NCBI GenBank assembly: GCA_051942205.1
Contig: JAVECO010000042.1
Coordinates: forward strand, 62,001-126,000
Direction: 5' to 3'
Source of the DNA: Coniocarpon cinnabarinum
Lineage: Eukaryota
DNA length: 64,000 nucleotides
The translations under genes were made by a program, and so were the position numbers. The notes beneath the pieces are model-generated. The model searched no databases, had not been told where the DNA came from, and saw only the letters and a list, made by a program, of their open reading frames with translations. Positions 12,892 to 25,691 of this stretch are shown in pieces; position 1 is the stretch's first letter; every line of letters begins with the position of its first letter.

Positions 12892-14064
12892 ATGGCCAAA
12901 GATCGCACCGTCAACCCCGCAACCGCCGCCCTCAAAGCCACCAAAAACGCCGCCATTAAAAAATCCAAAGCCGCAACCCTCGCCTCCCGCACCGAGAAGC
13001 TCGCCCGGCGTAACCCAGACCGTCTCCAAAAGCAACTCGACGAGCTCCAACGTCAGAAAGATGCGCAAGGCGGGCAGTTGCGCCCAAAGGACCAACAAAC
13101 CTTGGAGAATCTCGAGCGGGATGTCAAAGCTGTGAGAAAAGCAAGAGAGTCAAGCGGTGCGCAGTCATTTCCGCCGAGGCGAGATGATGATACTGTGAAG
13201 AGGGAGGACCGGAGAGAGAAGCGGGAGGGGAGAGGGGAGCGTAGTCATCTCGGGAAACGGCGGTATGGACAGCGTGATTCCATGGGTGCGGAAAGCGAGT
13301 CAACGGATACAGAAGAGGACGTCAAGGCAATCCCAATGCCAGAGGATACGGCGCCGCCCTTTCCACCGCGAGCTTATCAACGCAAAGTCCGGAAGGGTCT
13401 TATGACGATTGACGAGGCGTTCGCGGAGCGTAATCGACAGGAGCAAGAGCGACGAGAAGCAGAGCGCGAGAGAGAGAAACGAGCAGCCGTGCCTGCGAGA
13501 CGCACGTATGAGTCTGCGCCACAGATGCGCGATTTGACTGCTGAGGCGTCGAAGAAGTTTGTGCCAGCGGCTGTGGCGGCTCGGCAGCGGCAGGGGAGGA
13601 TGGACAAGGAGGCGAGGGAGGGACGGGGTCGGCTGTTGGAACCTGAGGAGTTGGAAGCGATGGAGCGGAAGGACCGAGGAGAAAATGGTGAGGATCGTGG
13701 TGGAGGTGGCGTGATGGAGGGGAAGGACCGAAGAGAGTTTGGTGAGGACCGTGGTGGAGGTGGCGCGATGGAGGAAGAGGAACGGAACTTGCTTGAGGAG
13801 TTAGAAGGTGAAAGGAAGCATGTGGACAAGGACGTGGAGGCGGTGGCAGAGGAGATGGAGAAAGTGGCGGAGCATGAGATGATGGCGAACAATGCTCGTG
13901 GCGATGCAGAAGTAGAGAGCGCATTGCGACATGTGGAAATGGAAGAAGTGGAAGATGAAGAAGCAGGAGGGCAGCCATCTGCTGCACCCGAAATTCAACC
14001 AATGCCAGCAGCAGCAATGGCGGCGGCGGCGGCATCGAAAGACGACGAAGACGACTTCTGGTAG
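12892..14064 (+). CDS. WBP11: WW-domain-binding protein 11 (Wbp11/Saf1-like splicing factor)
   Basis: N-terminal MAKDRTVNPA..ALKATK..AIKKSK...RRNPDRLQKQLDEL, IPMPED and YESAPQMRDLTAEA.KFVPAAV are typical of the family. Confidence 0.8.
   Translation: MAKDRTVNPATAALKATKNAAIKKSKAATLASRTEKLARRNPDRLQKQLDELQRQKDAQGGQLRPKDQQTLENLERDVKAVRKARESSGAQSFPPRRDDDTVKREDRREKREGRGERSHLGKRRYGQRDSMGAESESTDTEEDVKAIPMPEDTAPPFPPRAYQRKVRKGLMTIDEAFAERNRQEQERREAEREREKRAAVPARRTYESAPQMRDLTAEASKKFVPAAVAARQRQGRMDKEAREGRGRLLEPEELEAMERKDRGENGEDRGGGGVMEGKDRREFGEDRGGGGAMEEEERNLLEELEGERKHVDKDVEAVAEEMEKVAEHEMMANNARGDAEVESALRHVEMEEVEDEEAGGQPSAAPEIQPMPAAAMAAAAASKDDEDDFW
13660..13767 (+). repeat. In-frame 54-bp tandem duplication within WBP11
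   Basis: MERKDRGENGEDRGGGGV / MEGKDRREFGEDRGGGGA. Confidence 0.9.
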
Positions 14065-14214
14065 ACATCAAATGTCATTTCGATATTCAGATGCTAGATA
14101 AAGCTCTGCAGTCTCCTCACTGAGTCCAAGCGAACTACGTCGTGGGTATCATTCTAATCCGAGCTGAAGCTGGGGCGTGATCGAGATCACGCCATCGCGA
14201 GCAAGTGGAACAGC

Positions 14215-14861
14215 TTATTTGCTGTTTCCACCGCTGGTGTACTGCGAAACAGTGTCGCTGGCATATTGCACGCCCTGATTGACGCTGTCGCGTGCCGATT
14301 GAGCATACTCGCTGGCCGTGTCCGCCAAGCTCTTGTCGCCACCACTGCCAGTGGCACCAGAGACGCCCGAGCTCGTGGAGTCAAGACCCTTGTTCACGTT
14401 CTCTTTCGCTGCCTGACCATAGGAGCTGGCCGTGTCCTGGACAGAGCCGGTCGTGTCCTTCAGGGAAGAAGTAAGCGAGTCGGCCTGGCCGGAGGCATCG
14501 TTCTTGTTCTGGCGTGCGGAGTCGAACGCTTGTTGACGGACGCCCTTATCCTCGGCTGTGGGACAAAGTCAGCAAAGGTCGTTTCGCAGTATTGGAAGTA
14601 ATGTGGGGAGGGTCTCGGGGTGTAACAGTGAGACGAAGAGGGGCTGTCTTACGGTTCTGAACGGATCCCACCAGCTCATCGGCCTTGTTGCCGATGGTCT
14701 CTTGTGCACGCTCGGTCGTGGTCTTTTGATCGTCGGGTTTCAAGCCTTGCTTGATCTGGTCACCCATGTCCTTGCGTGGGCTGCACAGGAAAGAGGTCAG
14801 CGAACGACTGACACAGCTCTTGTGAGCAACAGCGATGCATCACCACGTACAGGCTGTCCAT
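14215..14861 (-). CDS. HSP12: Hsp9/Hsp12-family heat-shock (LEA-like) protein, 3 exons
   Basis: Spliced product MDSLPRKDMGDQIKQGLKPDDQKTTTERAQETIGNKADELVGSVQNPEDKGVRQQAFDS...; donors GTACGT and GTAAG. TATATAA lies ~120 bp upstream on the minus strand. Confidence 0.85.
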
Positions 14862-15313
14862 GTTGACGATGTTGTGGTGATAGTGCGAAAGATCTTCAAG
14901 TTGTCGACGGAGTTGAGCGTGTAAGCAAGCTTGTTTGAGAGAAGAGAAAAAGCAAGGATGGAGGATGCAAGCGGAAGAGCTTATATATGTGTGGGCGATG
15001 GCTCCCTTGTTTCGTGAGAGCCGTGTGCCTGGGACAAACAGCACTGCGGGATGACGTATGCGGGGCAGGCAACGGCAGCAAACTTGGCATGCGCCACTTC
15101 TCTTGCCTTCTTTGTTCGCCTCCCAGTCACGTGGTCCCCGCATCGAGATGCCTAGTGCAGATCGCTGCTGTGGCGCGATTTGCATGTGACTCTTTCCAGG
15201 CTCCCACGTACCAGGTGCAACGGCAAGTGCTACTGGGTAGCCTTTCATGGTCAAGTTCTGTGACCCAGCTTTGGCATTCACCTGCTGCTACCTTCGCCAT
15301 TCACTCTGCGCTT

Positions 15314-15343
<30 letters not shown>
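15314..15343. repeat. (GCA)10 microsatellite
   Basis: Perfect GCA run between the GAD 3' end and the HSP12 promoter. Confidence 0.95.
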
Positions 15344-15344
<1 letters not shown>

Positions 15345-15535
15345 GAGGCCACCTGTCCACTGCCAACATCTCTGAGTACGTTCCTAGACCTAGACCTGGT
15401 GGCCGTCTAAAACACCTCGCCCGCTCTCGATCCCAATCTAGTCTACCTTACTTTGGGTTGGCCGTTTGCGAGGGATCAGACGCTGACGTGGGCGAATGAG
15501 CATAGAAGACCGTGCCTGAAACATGGTCGTTCGGC

Positions 15536-17474
15536 TCAGCATACTGTCCGGTGCACCCCGTCATTCATCGGACGCTGCGCCTTGTGTTTGTTCTTATGAT
15601 CGAGGCCTTGACTGCCCTGCTGCTTCTCCACGCTGGTGACAAACGGCTGCCACATGGTGAGATCGATCGCATCTGTATTCATCAGCGTTTCCGTCACGCT
15701 GCAGATGTCGGCGATGAGCCGATCCAGGAGGTCGCGTGACATGGATTCGCGAACCACCACGCGCAGTATCTCCGTTTTCTCCTCATTAGGAGGTAGCGGG
15801 TAGTTCGGAATGATGTATTGTTTGGCGCGCAGCAGATTGCTGACAGCGACCTGCTTCACGTGCGGGAAGTCTCTCTTGAAATCATCTGAAAATGTGAAAG
15901 CAACCACGGGCAGGCCGGCATTGTAGTCGGCGCTTGATGTAGATCCCGTCAAGAGCTTGACAGCTTGACCCTTGACAAACTCGAATTGACCCTTCGGTCG
16001 GTGAATCTCTGATACACAACGATACCAGCCGGTCGCTTCGAGAGAGTTTGACAGCAGACGCGCGTTAGCCAGGGCGTTCTCCATGATCTAGTGTAGATGT
16101 CAGCCTAAACACAGGCAGTGTCCTGGACAGCCTCTGCTGGCTTTACATACGTCTCGGAATCCTGAAAACCCAAGATGGATCAAATTGTAATACTGGGCGA
16201 TTATCTGAGCGCCAGGACGAGAAAAGTTCAAGGTGTACGACTCCTCGGTCCCACCAAGATAATGCAGCTCGAACACAAGATGCCGAGGGAGCATGGACTC
16301 ATCGCGGAAAATGATCCAACCAACGCCAGCGTATACAAGACCAAACTTGTGTCCAGATGTGTTGATAGATTTCTTGAGGTTCATCTTGTCAGTACAAAGA
16401 TCGATCGTGCTTTTGATGTATGACTTACCACGCGCGGTAGCTCGAAGTTCCATTTGGGACCGCCAACCTGGGCACGCGTAAAAGGTGCAATAAATCCGCC
16501 CGAAGCTGCGTCGACGTGGATCGGGATATCGACTCCTGTCTTTGTTTCATATTCGTCTAGGATCTGGTGGATCTCCTCTACGGGTTCATAGTGGCCCGTG
16601 TAAGTGGAGCCAAGAATGACGAAGACACCAATCGTGTTCTCGTCAATGTTTTGCTTCACCAAGTCTGGGTCCAGGCGATATCTGCTCTTCGCACTGACTG
16701 GTAAGATCCTTTCTTCGACTTCGAAATAGCGAGCAAACTTCTCCAGTGCGACCTGAGCGTTGCTACCCATTATGATATTGGGCTTGCTGGTGTCTTTACC
16801 TTGTTTCATTCGCTTCTCTTGCCAGCGGCGTTTCATTGCAAGCCCGCCAAGGTGGATGGCTTCTGACGAGCCGGTGGTAGCTTGACCAATAGCTTTCTCG
16901 CCTTTTTGAACACCCCACATGTGAGCGATGATGCTGACGCAACGCGCATGAATGTCCATCATAGCCGGATATTCCTAGCACGAGAAGAACGCCATTAGTC
17001 TTGTCGGTCATGGTGCCATAGACGACGGGCTGGAAATAACACCTACATCTGCATCTGACATATTCTTTGACAAGTTCTCGATCATAAGCTTCTCGGCTTG
17101 CTCTTCCATGTAAGTACCTACGAAACTGACTATGTGTTATTACACATCTTCACAGTTCAGCCTAAGGGCTTTCATCATACACACCTGGCCAAATTCAGGT
17201 TGGGTCTTCCGTCGAGATCGAGCTCATCTTTGAGCATCTGATGAACGGCTTCCGCAGGTGCCCCTTGCGCCGGTATCTTGAACTTGCTAACCTCCTCCTG
17301 GCTGTTGTAGCGAGTGGAGTACGGAGTCAAATGGTTGGCTGCGGTGGTGCCGCGGTGGGGATGACGCCCCTGTTGGAAGCCTTGGATGAGGCCATCCGGA
17401 TCGATCTGTGTAGCTGTAAGCTTTGGACGAGGACTTTTGTTTCACCCGCTTACGTGTCGTGCAAGTCCAGCCAT
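15536..17474 (-). CDS. GAD1: Glutamate decarboxylase (PLP-dependent), multi-exon
   Basis: Exon 1 MAGLARH, then [48 protein letters not shown], the PLP lysine motif [17 protein letters not shown] and LRVVVRE. Confidence 0.95.
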
Positions 17475-20400
17475 GAACGCGACCTGGACGTTTCGTGATT
17501 ATGGAATGCTTTTCCTCTTGTTGACCGATGGAGCGTAAAGCGTAGAGCGTCAGACCAGGCAAAAAGCAGACGAGCACTCTTGAGCACAAGTGTGGCTTAC
17601 GAGAAGCGCAAGTCGAGTAGAATAGACACCACAACGCTTGGGGACGGCGCTGGTTCTCAGGTCAATGAAGGAAGTGTAAGAATTCGCTCGCAGTTACTGA
17701 TGCTGATCGTCATAAGATGGCCGGGCGTAGAGCGTTGCGTCACCGGCAAGGAGCGAGACTGGAATTTATTGGAAAGGTGCTGCGTCCGTTGGATCCGATC
17801 GAGACCGCCAATGGCCTAGTGGCTGCAGGTTGCTGCTTGTGCCTGCCAAGTAAAAAGCTTGACTGCTGCTAGCTGCATCTCATGTCCAAGGGGACTGCAC
17901 AAGCTCGATCGACGACGTGCGTCTTTGCAAGTCCTGTCCAACCGGGCTTGAGATGAAAGGATTCGGCGTGGTTAGTGCCAGCAGTGAGGGGTTTTGGTGC
18001 CCCTCAATCGGCCCACACTTTTCATTCCGCAGCTGCCGAAGTCCTCCCAGGCATCTTGACAGCGCAAGAGCGCTTCGAGCAGGATTAAGCTTGTGAAGGA
18101 GTGAAATCGGACTCTGCTCCGTCTCGCGTGTGGCAGCGCCCCCTTGCGGCATAGCTATCTTCGCAGGATAATTCGCGATCCGCACGTCGGTACACACCTC
18201 GTTGAGGAATAGCTCGTCGACACACGTTGACGCGTATCATGCGCAAGTTGACGGTCTGCTCCGCATTGGCAGAAGACACCTGTGCAACATGCTGGCTCTT
18301 GTAGGACGACCAAGGCACGTGACTCATCTTGGCCAAGCAAGCCGAGAGCTTGTAAGTGCCACAATTCCTGAACCCCTTACATTTCCTGGGCTGGGCTGCA
18401 ACTCATTATGTCACGTGCGTTCAAAGCCCTGCCTACTTGTTGCGCTACCCCTGGGCAGCGGTCAGTTGCTTATAAACAACACTCCCACAACGCAGAGACG
18501 CGAGATGGACAGCTTCCAAGTGTATCAACAATGCCTGCGAAGATCGAAGGATGTCGGTAAGAGAGAACGGAGCTGGTCGCCTTTCCCACCAGATTAGGTA
18601 CTACTTGGAGTCGAGAACATCATCCCCCAGACGTGGCTCGAAAGTTTCGCAATATGCTGCCGCAGAATGCTCCTCTTTCATGAGCTTCTTCCCGATCGAA
18701 GTTTGGGCGACGAGGGCCCAAAGACAAGGCGCTTATGCAAACAGCCATGTGAATGGAAACAAAGCCAGGCCTGGCCATAAGCACGACGTGGGCCTTTACT
18801 GGTCAGGCAATAACTCGAAGTATGAAGCATTACTCTTTCATATTGCGAACGCGAAGCGAGGCAGTAATGTCACATGTGCTACTGAGAACTCCACAGTCAG
18901 CAAAACAAGCATTGGCTGAGCAAGCGAGCCTCACGCACAAACATGCATGTGGAAGTCCCCACTCGATGTTGGAATACTCACGAGGGCCAGATCCATCGAC
19001 CGTCGCGTGTAAAAAGATACCCGTTGGCAAACACTGTGATGCCATTGGTCCGCCGACAATCTACTGGAGCCATCGGACGCAAGCTATCAGGGGGCTTCTT
19101 CGTAAAGGGGGCTAGACTGCCAGGAGCGGGCCTGGTCCTGGTTTCAGACGGGCGGTCGAGGGATTCAGGACCTCAGGAAGTCATTCTGAGAGCGCCCAAG
19201 AGGCACAACTCTGCGGCCAATTTGAGTACCGAGGTTCCGCCTGACTGAGCGGCGGATCACAGTTTGGTGGTGCGACAAACGCGAGGTGGTTGACAAACAG
19301 ACATCTGAATCAAAGCAGAAGGGCCTGGAGGACTTCTGGCGGGCGTCTGACCGACCCCTCCAGATTGGTGACGGGACGGGAGGCATGCCCGAGAGTTTTC
19401 CAGACATGCCGAGGAGCCCTGAGGGCCCAGCCTGACGCTTGATGAATGGACTTGAAGGATTAGTCGCCGTCAGAATGGGGATCCATCCTTTCCCATTGCG
19501 ACAAAGAATCCGTTATCAGGGGGCGAAACCAATAAAGCAAATCCATCTCAGCGAGGAATCCGAGCAATCCTTGCTTAGGGTCGCTTGCTGTGGAGCCTGA
19601 AGTGAACCTCTGAAGACAGTCGAGTCAATGCAAGACTTGAAACGAATACCATGTGTTTCATGCTGAGACCCTCGCAGGTAAGCATGGCGCAGTCACGCAC
19701 ATCTCGGCGATGATCATGGTGTTATGTTGATCATCGCGAATACTGAAAGTCATGGAAGCAACAAGCGCAGAGCCCTGTGACTCTAGATGCTGCAGGACCA
19801 CGCCAGGTGCTGGTCTGTGCTGCCACGAGGGACAGATGGATCTGCGTTCAATAAGGGTTTGACATCTGGCCACTACTCCAAATCAGATGCAACATCAAGG
19901 GTTGTTGTTCACGAGCTGTGGAAGAACGTTATTGCAGTCCCGACGAGCGCAAGTATTGGATGACGGACGTGCTACGGAACCAGTTCGAGGGCAAGCTGAG
20001 AAAGTCGCCACCCCACGTTGCGTGTCAGGGTGCCCACGTGGGGATCTGCAAAAGACGGCTGAAACGCACCCAAGCGTCGTGTATTCTGTTTGAGATGCCA
20101 GGACTCGGCGAATGAGAGGGCGCGCGCAAAGTGGCAATGATCATCACCACGTGGAAGAGACGGCACGGCGTTGACGAAAGCGGCGCCCGACCGTCGTGGG
20201 CGATCCGTCTGGAGCAGGGAAGGGGACGGGACCGCACGTGGGAATACGGGAAGAAGCATGTCAACGGCAGCGCAACTCAGTGCCGCGCATGGAATACGAA
20301 GTCACGTCAGTTGAAGCAAAAGAGCGCGCAGCCAGCGCAGCATCCCAGCACGCAGCGGACACCGCAACTCGTCGCCATTCTGGCTGACGGAGGTACTCGA

Positions 20401-20837
20401 CTGCGAGCAAATGGAGATGGTGCCGACACATCCGCGCACGCGCCAGCATTCGACCAGCGTGCAGACAGGCCCAGCACCAAGGACGTCCCCCGACACGACT
20501 CGAGGGCAGCGAGTGTGCGAGTCAACTAGCGACCGCTGAGGCGGGGCTGAGATCAGCGGTAATCAAACTGTGTTGAGCAACGTAAGCGAGACTTTCCAGC
20601 GCCGTTGGTGCGGTGAGGGTGCTGTCTGCCCGTGCGTCTAGGTAGAGTTTGGGGGCCGTTCCCAGGACGTGGCGGGGGCATGGCGCACCGAGTGAGTACC
20701 TACCTACTCGCACAACGCTCTGCAAGCCACGCGCACTCTTTGGCGCAAGGCGTACTCGAGTAGCCGAGTGCACATCCTTGGCCGCCGACGAGTCAGGCGT
20801 CCCCGACACCGCCGATCGAGGGCAATCACTTGTTTCA

Positions 20838-20868
20838 TGGCTGCGTGGCTGCGTGGCTGCGTGGCTGC
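20838..20868. repeat. (TGGCTGCG)~4 tandem repeat
   Basis: TGGCTGCG TGGCTGCG TGGCTGCG TGGCTGC. Confidence 0.9.
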
Positions 20869-23800
20869 CAGATCCTTCGGCGCGAGCAACCCCATTAGGC
20901 GTTTGCTGAGCGTGGTATATGCTCTGACGACGCAGTGGATGCGCGACGACGTGTCGCCGAGGAGGAGGGTGGTCGCGGCGGATCCTGGAGGTGGTCGACA
21001 GGTTGCATTCCATGGATCATGCCACGTGCGCGCTGCGTGCGAGGATGGACGAGGATGGACGAGTATTGACGACCAGCATCGCGTTGCTCGAGGCAGATGA
21101 GGCCGACGAAATGCTGTCACGCTGGCTGGTCGCCCATCCCACTGCCCCGATCTGACAGAGCTTGGCGCCCCCTCGATCAGGAAACTCATTTCGCTCCCTG
21201 CCAGCGCTGTCTGTCGGCGTTGCAGGGGCGTGAGCTTGTGTACTCTGTCCTCTGTACGCTGTACGCGGTATACCGGGTCCTCTCGCTACTCACGCTCACG
21301 CCCACGCCCACGCCCATCCAGCTGACGGGCATGGTGCGCTGCTGCACGACAGCTGCAACCTTGTTATCGTTATGCCCCAAACAAGGTTGGCCAAGGGGGG
21401 GTACTCCCGGGCATGGCCCGCCGCTGAGTCGGCGCCGAGGGCGTCTCCCCCTCCTCTTCCTCTTCCTCTCCCACTCCTACTCCCACTCGCATCCCGGAGC
21501 ACTGCTGTCAAGCACGTGGAGGCTGGTTCGGCACATGCAGGGGGCTGCCTCTTTCGTCACTTTCCTCCTCCCCACCTCCCACTAACTCCATGTCGATCCC
21601 CACAGCAATCTCATCGAGGGTCGCCTCCCCCTCCCTTGGCCAGCGACGGTCAGCGTTGTGCACGTTTGCGTGGCGCGTCATCATCCCGCAACCGGTGTGG
21701 TGATCGCTGCGAGTGGATGTTCACACGCGCACAAGCTTCTTCCACTACCACATCGTCCTCCTCACCACCGTGGAGACCGAGACGCCGCAAGCAGCAGCGC
21801 CATCCTCGACTCGATCCCACGACTTGGCCCCCAAATCAGGCACCTGCGACTGGCTGGGACCTCCCGGCTGGCAACGCCCATGTACTCTGTGCTCGCTCCC
21901 CTCCGAGGCAGCCAGACGCTGACGAAGGAATGAGTCCTCGTACTGCTGTGTGCGTCTGCACCCATTCCTTCCGGTCTCAACCATCTCTGGGTTCGGCACT
22001 GAAGCTGCTGTCCACACCACCACTTAGGATGCGAACGTGTGTGTTGGAAGGAGTCGGCGCCTAACAGCCTGTGACTGCTAATAAGGGCAACACCAGGACA
22101 GTAGAAGCACCGCCGAGGGTTCTATTTTCTGCGGGGCGCTGTTGCTCTACACATTACAGACAACAGACAAGCACCACCATCACCTAAGCATCGCTTGGAT
22201 GCTGGCTGCATAAGATCCAAATTAGCCTTGCGTGACGCTAATCGGTGCTAGCCTGCGCATGATGCGACAGCGAGACTTGTTCGAGGAAAGCTTTGTACAT
22301 ACCGGTTGCCTAGTGCACACTGCCCCGATGTGGCTATTTTCTCGATGGGCGCCTCTCCATTTTCAGGACATACACCGAGCAGGTGCAGACAGGCGTTTGG
22401 AGGGGCAACTGCAATGCAACGCCGTCATACGCGCACGCGCAACGGAGCGCACACCCACACACCCGCACAAGCTCTGTTGGGCGATCAAGGCGCACACATG
22501 ACTCTGCGACCATTACGGCGAGCAGACAAGATGGGGGGAGGCTGGGAAGAGCCGGAAGGATCGCGCATGGCGCCCACAGCCAATTACCTGAGAGGCCGCA
22601 TGCAGTTGCGCTCCCAAATATGGAAGCGGCGCCAGGGTCGGCGATTGGACGCATCTCCGCCGACAGGATTCCCGCTAGGCTGCTTTGGGCTCCTGCTGGA
22701 CACTAGCGGGGGCTACAAACTCTGTCTGATTCGTACACGGCGACGTCGTCTGCTGTCAGCACTACCGGCGATGCACCTTGTCGCCCACATCCACATCCAC
22801 GCCCACACCCTGGTCTCTTATCGCGTGGGCAGACACACCGCAGCACGTTATCGCTATTTTCGTATGCAACCATGCCAGACGCGACCTGCTCGTTCGCGGG
22901 GCTGAGCGCTGCGTGCCTGCTGGCTAGTCAACATGCATGCCGCGCGCGCACGCTGATGCTTGGTAGACTAGACGCGCTGTCGAGCTCACAACACTCAGAT
23001 CACGCACGCCGTGACGCTGGCCAGGCGAAAGGAGGCGGAGGATCTGGGTCGAGGGTCGGACCCACGGTGATTTCTCAGCGTAAGCAGAATCCAACCCAGA
23101 CCTCCTCCCCTCCCTCTCCACCAGCTGCGTTCGGGACCACGACGAGGCAAAAGAGAACTGAGACGACCACGCCACGCCCGGATGCGGAGGATCGGGCGTG
23201 GGATGTGGGCGATTATTGAAACAGCCAGAGGGCAGCCTGTGTGAGTGGTGGAGCACCGCGAAGGAGTCAGTGACCCAAAGGCGTCGAGTCAGCAGCGTTT
23301 GCCTGCCACGCACAAACTCACGTCCTCGTCGGCCTCGATGCCCACACCAACACGCACCAACGCCCGCCCCCAGTCTGTTTTGGTCCGCCTGCATCGCCCA
23401 GCCAAGCGGCAGGCCACTTTACACACCTGCTGTTGGGTCCTGGCACTATTTTGCGATCTTCAACGCTAAGGCGCACGCGTGTCTCCACCGTCGCCATGCT
23501 GCTGATGCGAGCGACGCTGCAGGCCCGGCGCCGCTAAAACCATGTGCGCATTTTCCGTCGATTTGAAACAGTCCTCACTGCCAGTCTCTCGAGCATAAGT
23601 ACGGGCCCATAGCCGCTCCTCTGCTCGATCCCGCCTCGTCCCTCTTCAAGCCGTCTTCTGATCGTGCTCTGCATATTCGGTGCCTGTCTCAAAGAAAGAC
23701 TTATCACGCGCTTGTTGGTGCAGCTTAATATACCAGAAGTCTCAGCCGCCTCCTCCCCTCTGCAGACTGACGCTGCACCTGACTGTCCACTATTCATAAT

Positions 23801-23932
23801 ACCATCTGTCTCATCTTCGTCTGGTCCTTTCACCTGTCGTCTTTGCCACCACCACCACCAGTCCTAGAGTACAGATTTCAAGACACATCTGGGTAGTCCT
23901 CTCGTGTCGTGAGTGTCGGCACATCATCTTCA

Positions 23933-25187
23933 ATGATGTCTCTGGAGTCCATAACGCAGCCCCCATCAATGGGTGCACCTGCCATCCGTCCCAACCACTT
24001 CGACCCGACCAAGCCGCTTCCCACGCTTCCTTCGCTTTCCTCGAATCTTCAGAAGCGCAAGCGAAGTCCATCCAAGGATGCTGCCAGTAGCATCAAGCCA
24101 AACAAGGTCGTCAAGAAGTCCACTTCCACTCCTAACATGGCCAAGCCATCCGAGACTGGCTCCTCTTCTGGTGACGAGAAGAAGCGCAACAAGCTTGGCT
24201 ACCACCGCACATCAGTCGCCTGTGGTAAGTATTTCTGATGCCGGTCATCCCTCCGATGCAGTCAGCTAACTTACCTGTAAAGGCCACTGCCGACGAAGGA
24301 AAATCCGCTGCATGATGCCCGACGACGACCCCACTGGTCGCTGCTCAAACTGTATTCGCCTCAAGAAAGAGTGCAATTTCTTCCCCGTTGACGCCGCAAA
24401 CAACGGCCGAGGCCCGCACCCACCCCAGCGTGGCAACTCTCTTCCCACGGGCGGCCGCTCGGGCCAGTCTCCTTCCCCGATGATCTTTGCTGGCCAGCCT
24501 GGTTACGCAGACGCCTTCCAACCGTACGGTGGCCACACCAGCTTCTCGGTGCCGCCACCAGACACTGGTCTCGGTCTCTTCAACACATCCACTCAGCCCA
24601 ACTTCCCCGAGACTCCCTTCACCGCAAGCTCATTTGAGGCGCCTCCTACCACTTGGGAAAGCTCGCCTTACGCCACCCTCCCACCCATTAGTGGCGCACC
24701 AGAGCCGTCACCGTACGGCTACGGTGTCAACAGTCGCCAATTTGAGTCTCCACTCTCAGTGTCTCCCGGCCCCGCGCATGGTCATCGCCCATCTTCATCC
24801 TTCCGCCCCAGCCCGTACGCGGACAGCGCGTACGCCTCCGGTGGCAAGACTCCTAACAACGAAATCGGCTGGGCACCCCCACCGCCACAACACCCGCACA
24901 GTGCCATGAGCTCGAGCTTCCACCGCCCAAGCTACTCACCGCCGCCTCATGCCATCAACAGCGACAGCAGCCGTCAATCAGAGCAGCCACCGTCGCTAGT
25001 CATGAGCAGTGAGACAGCCTCGACACCCACCCTCTCTGAGCCTACTACCCTCGGCTCCATGAGCGCACCCGCGCCTGGCTTTTGGAATCCATACGGTCCC
25101 ACTGATGCTCTCGAGCATGTCAGCAAGCCATTCCCAGAGCCGTTTGAGACCGGTGCTTGGTTCAGCGAGCCTCTCAATAGCTACTAA
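23933..25187 (+). CDS. Zn(II)2Cys6 transcription factor without an obvious middle-homology domain, 2 exons
   Basis: Removing intron 24225-24282 gives KKRNKLGYHRTSVACGHCRRRKIRCMMPDDDPTGRCSNCIRLKKEC. The C-terminus is Pro/Ser-rich. Confidence 0.92.
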
Positions 25188-25691
25188 ACGCTGCATAGCT
25201 TTGCATTTTTGGAGCAACTTACTATTACTATACCCGAGTCTGAGTGGTTACTGGGCTTCGGGCCTACACTTAATGTGTAAATACGCATGTTTGCATACCT
25301 TGTACGGCTGCATTGTATGATCGCAATGTCAGGAGATGGGAATGGGCTAGGATCTTGCATTGGTCTGATGAATGTACGACTAGAAAATGATAAGCTGCAA
25401 TGTTGTCATCTCACTAAAAACCTGTCTTTCTCGCTTTACATCTTTTCTTGAATTGCACATGACTGTAGGCGTGTCATCCAGGTAGACCAGACGAAAGCGA
25501 TTGAGTGCGCTTGCTTGCCGTTAAGGTCGTGGGTCTGGTGGAGCCTTGCCGTCATACTTCATCATCCCCGTCATTCGGCGCGTATCGTCATTTGCATCGG
25601 GTGGGCGCTGATCGACTAAGCGCCGAGAATATCTCCACAATAACAGCTAGCTATTCCTGACTCTACTATCCCTTGACATTATCCCAGCGTC

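Noticed and set aside
17126..17184. ATGATGA...CTGA C/D-box-like motifs in a GAD intron
   Set aside because: The boxes are only ~11 nt apart in a ~60-nt intron, too small for a snoRNA.
20541..20600. GGGGCTGAGA TPP-riboswitch-like seed
   Set aside because: The downstream conserved TPP elements are absent and there is no thiamine-related gene.
19887..23566. Many overlapping 60-230 aa ORFs
   Set aside because: They are Arg/Pro/Ala-rich with no motifs and occur in all frames, as expected by chance in GC-rich non-coding DNA.
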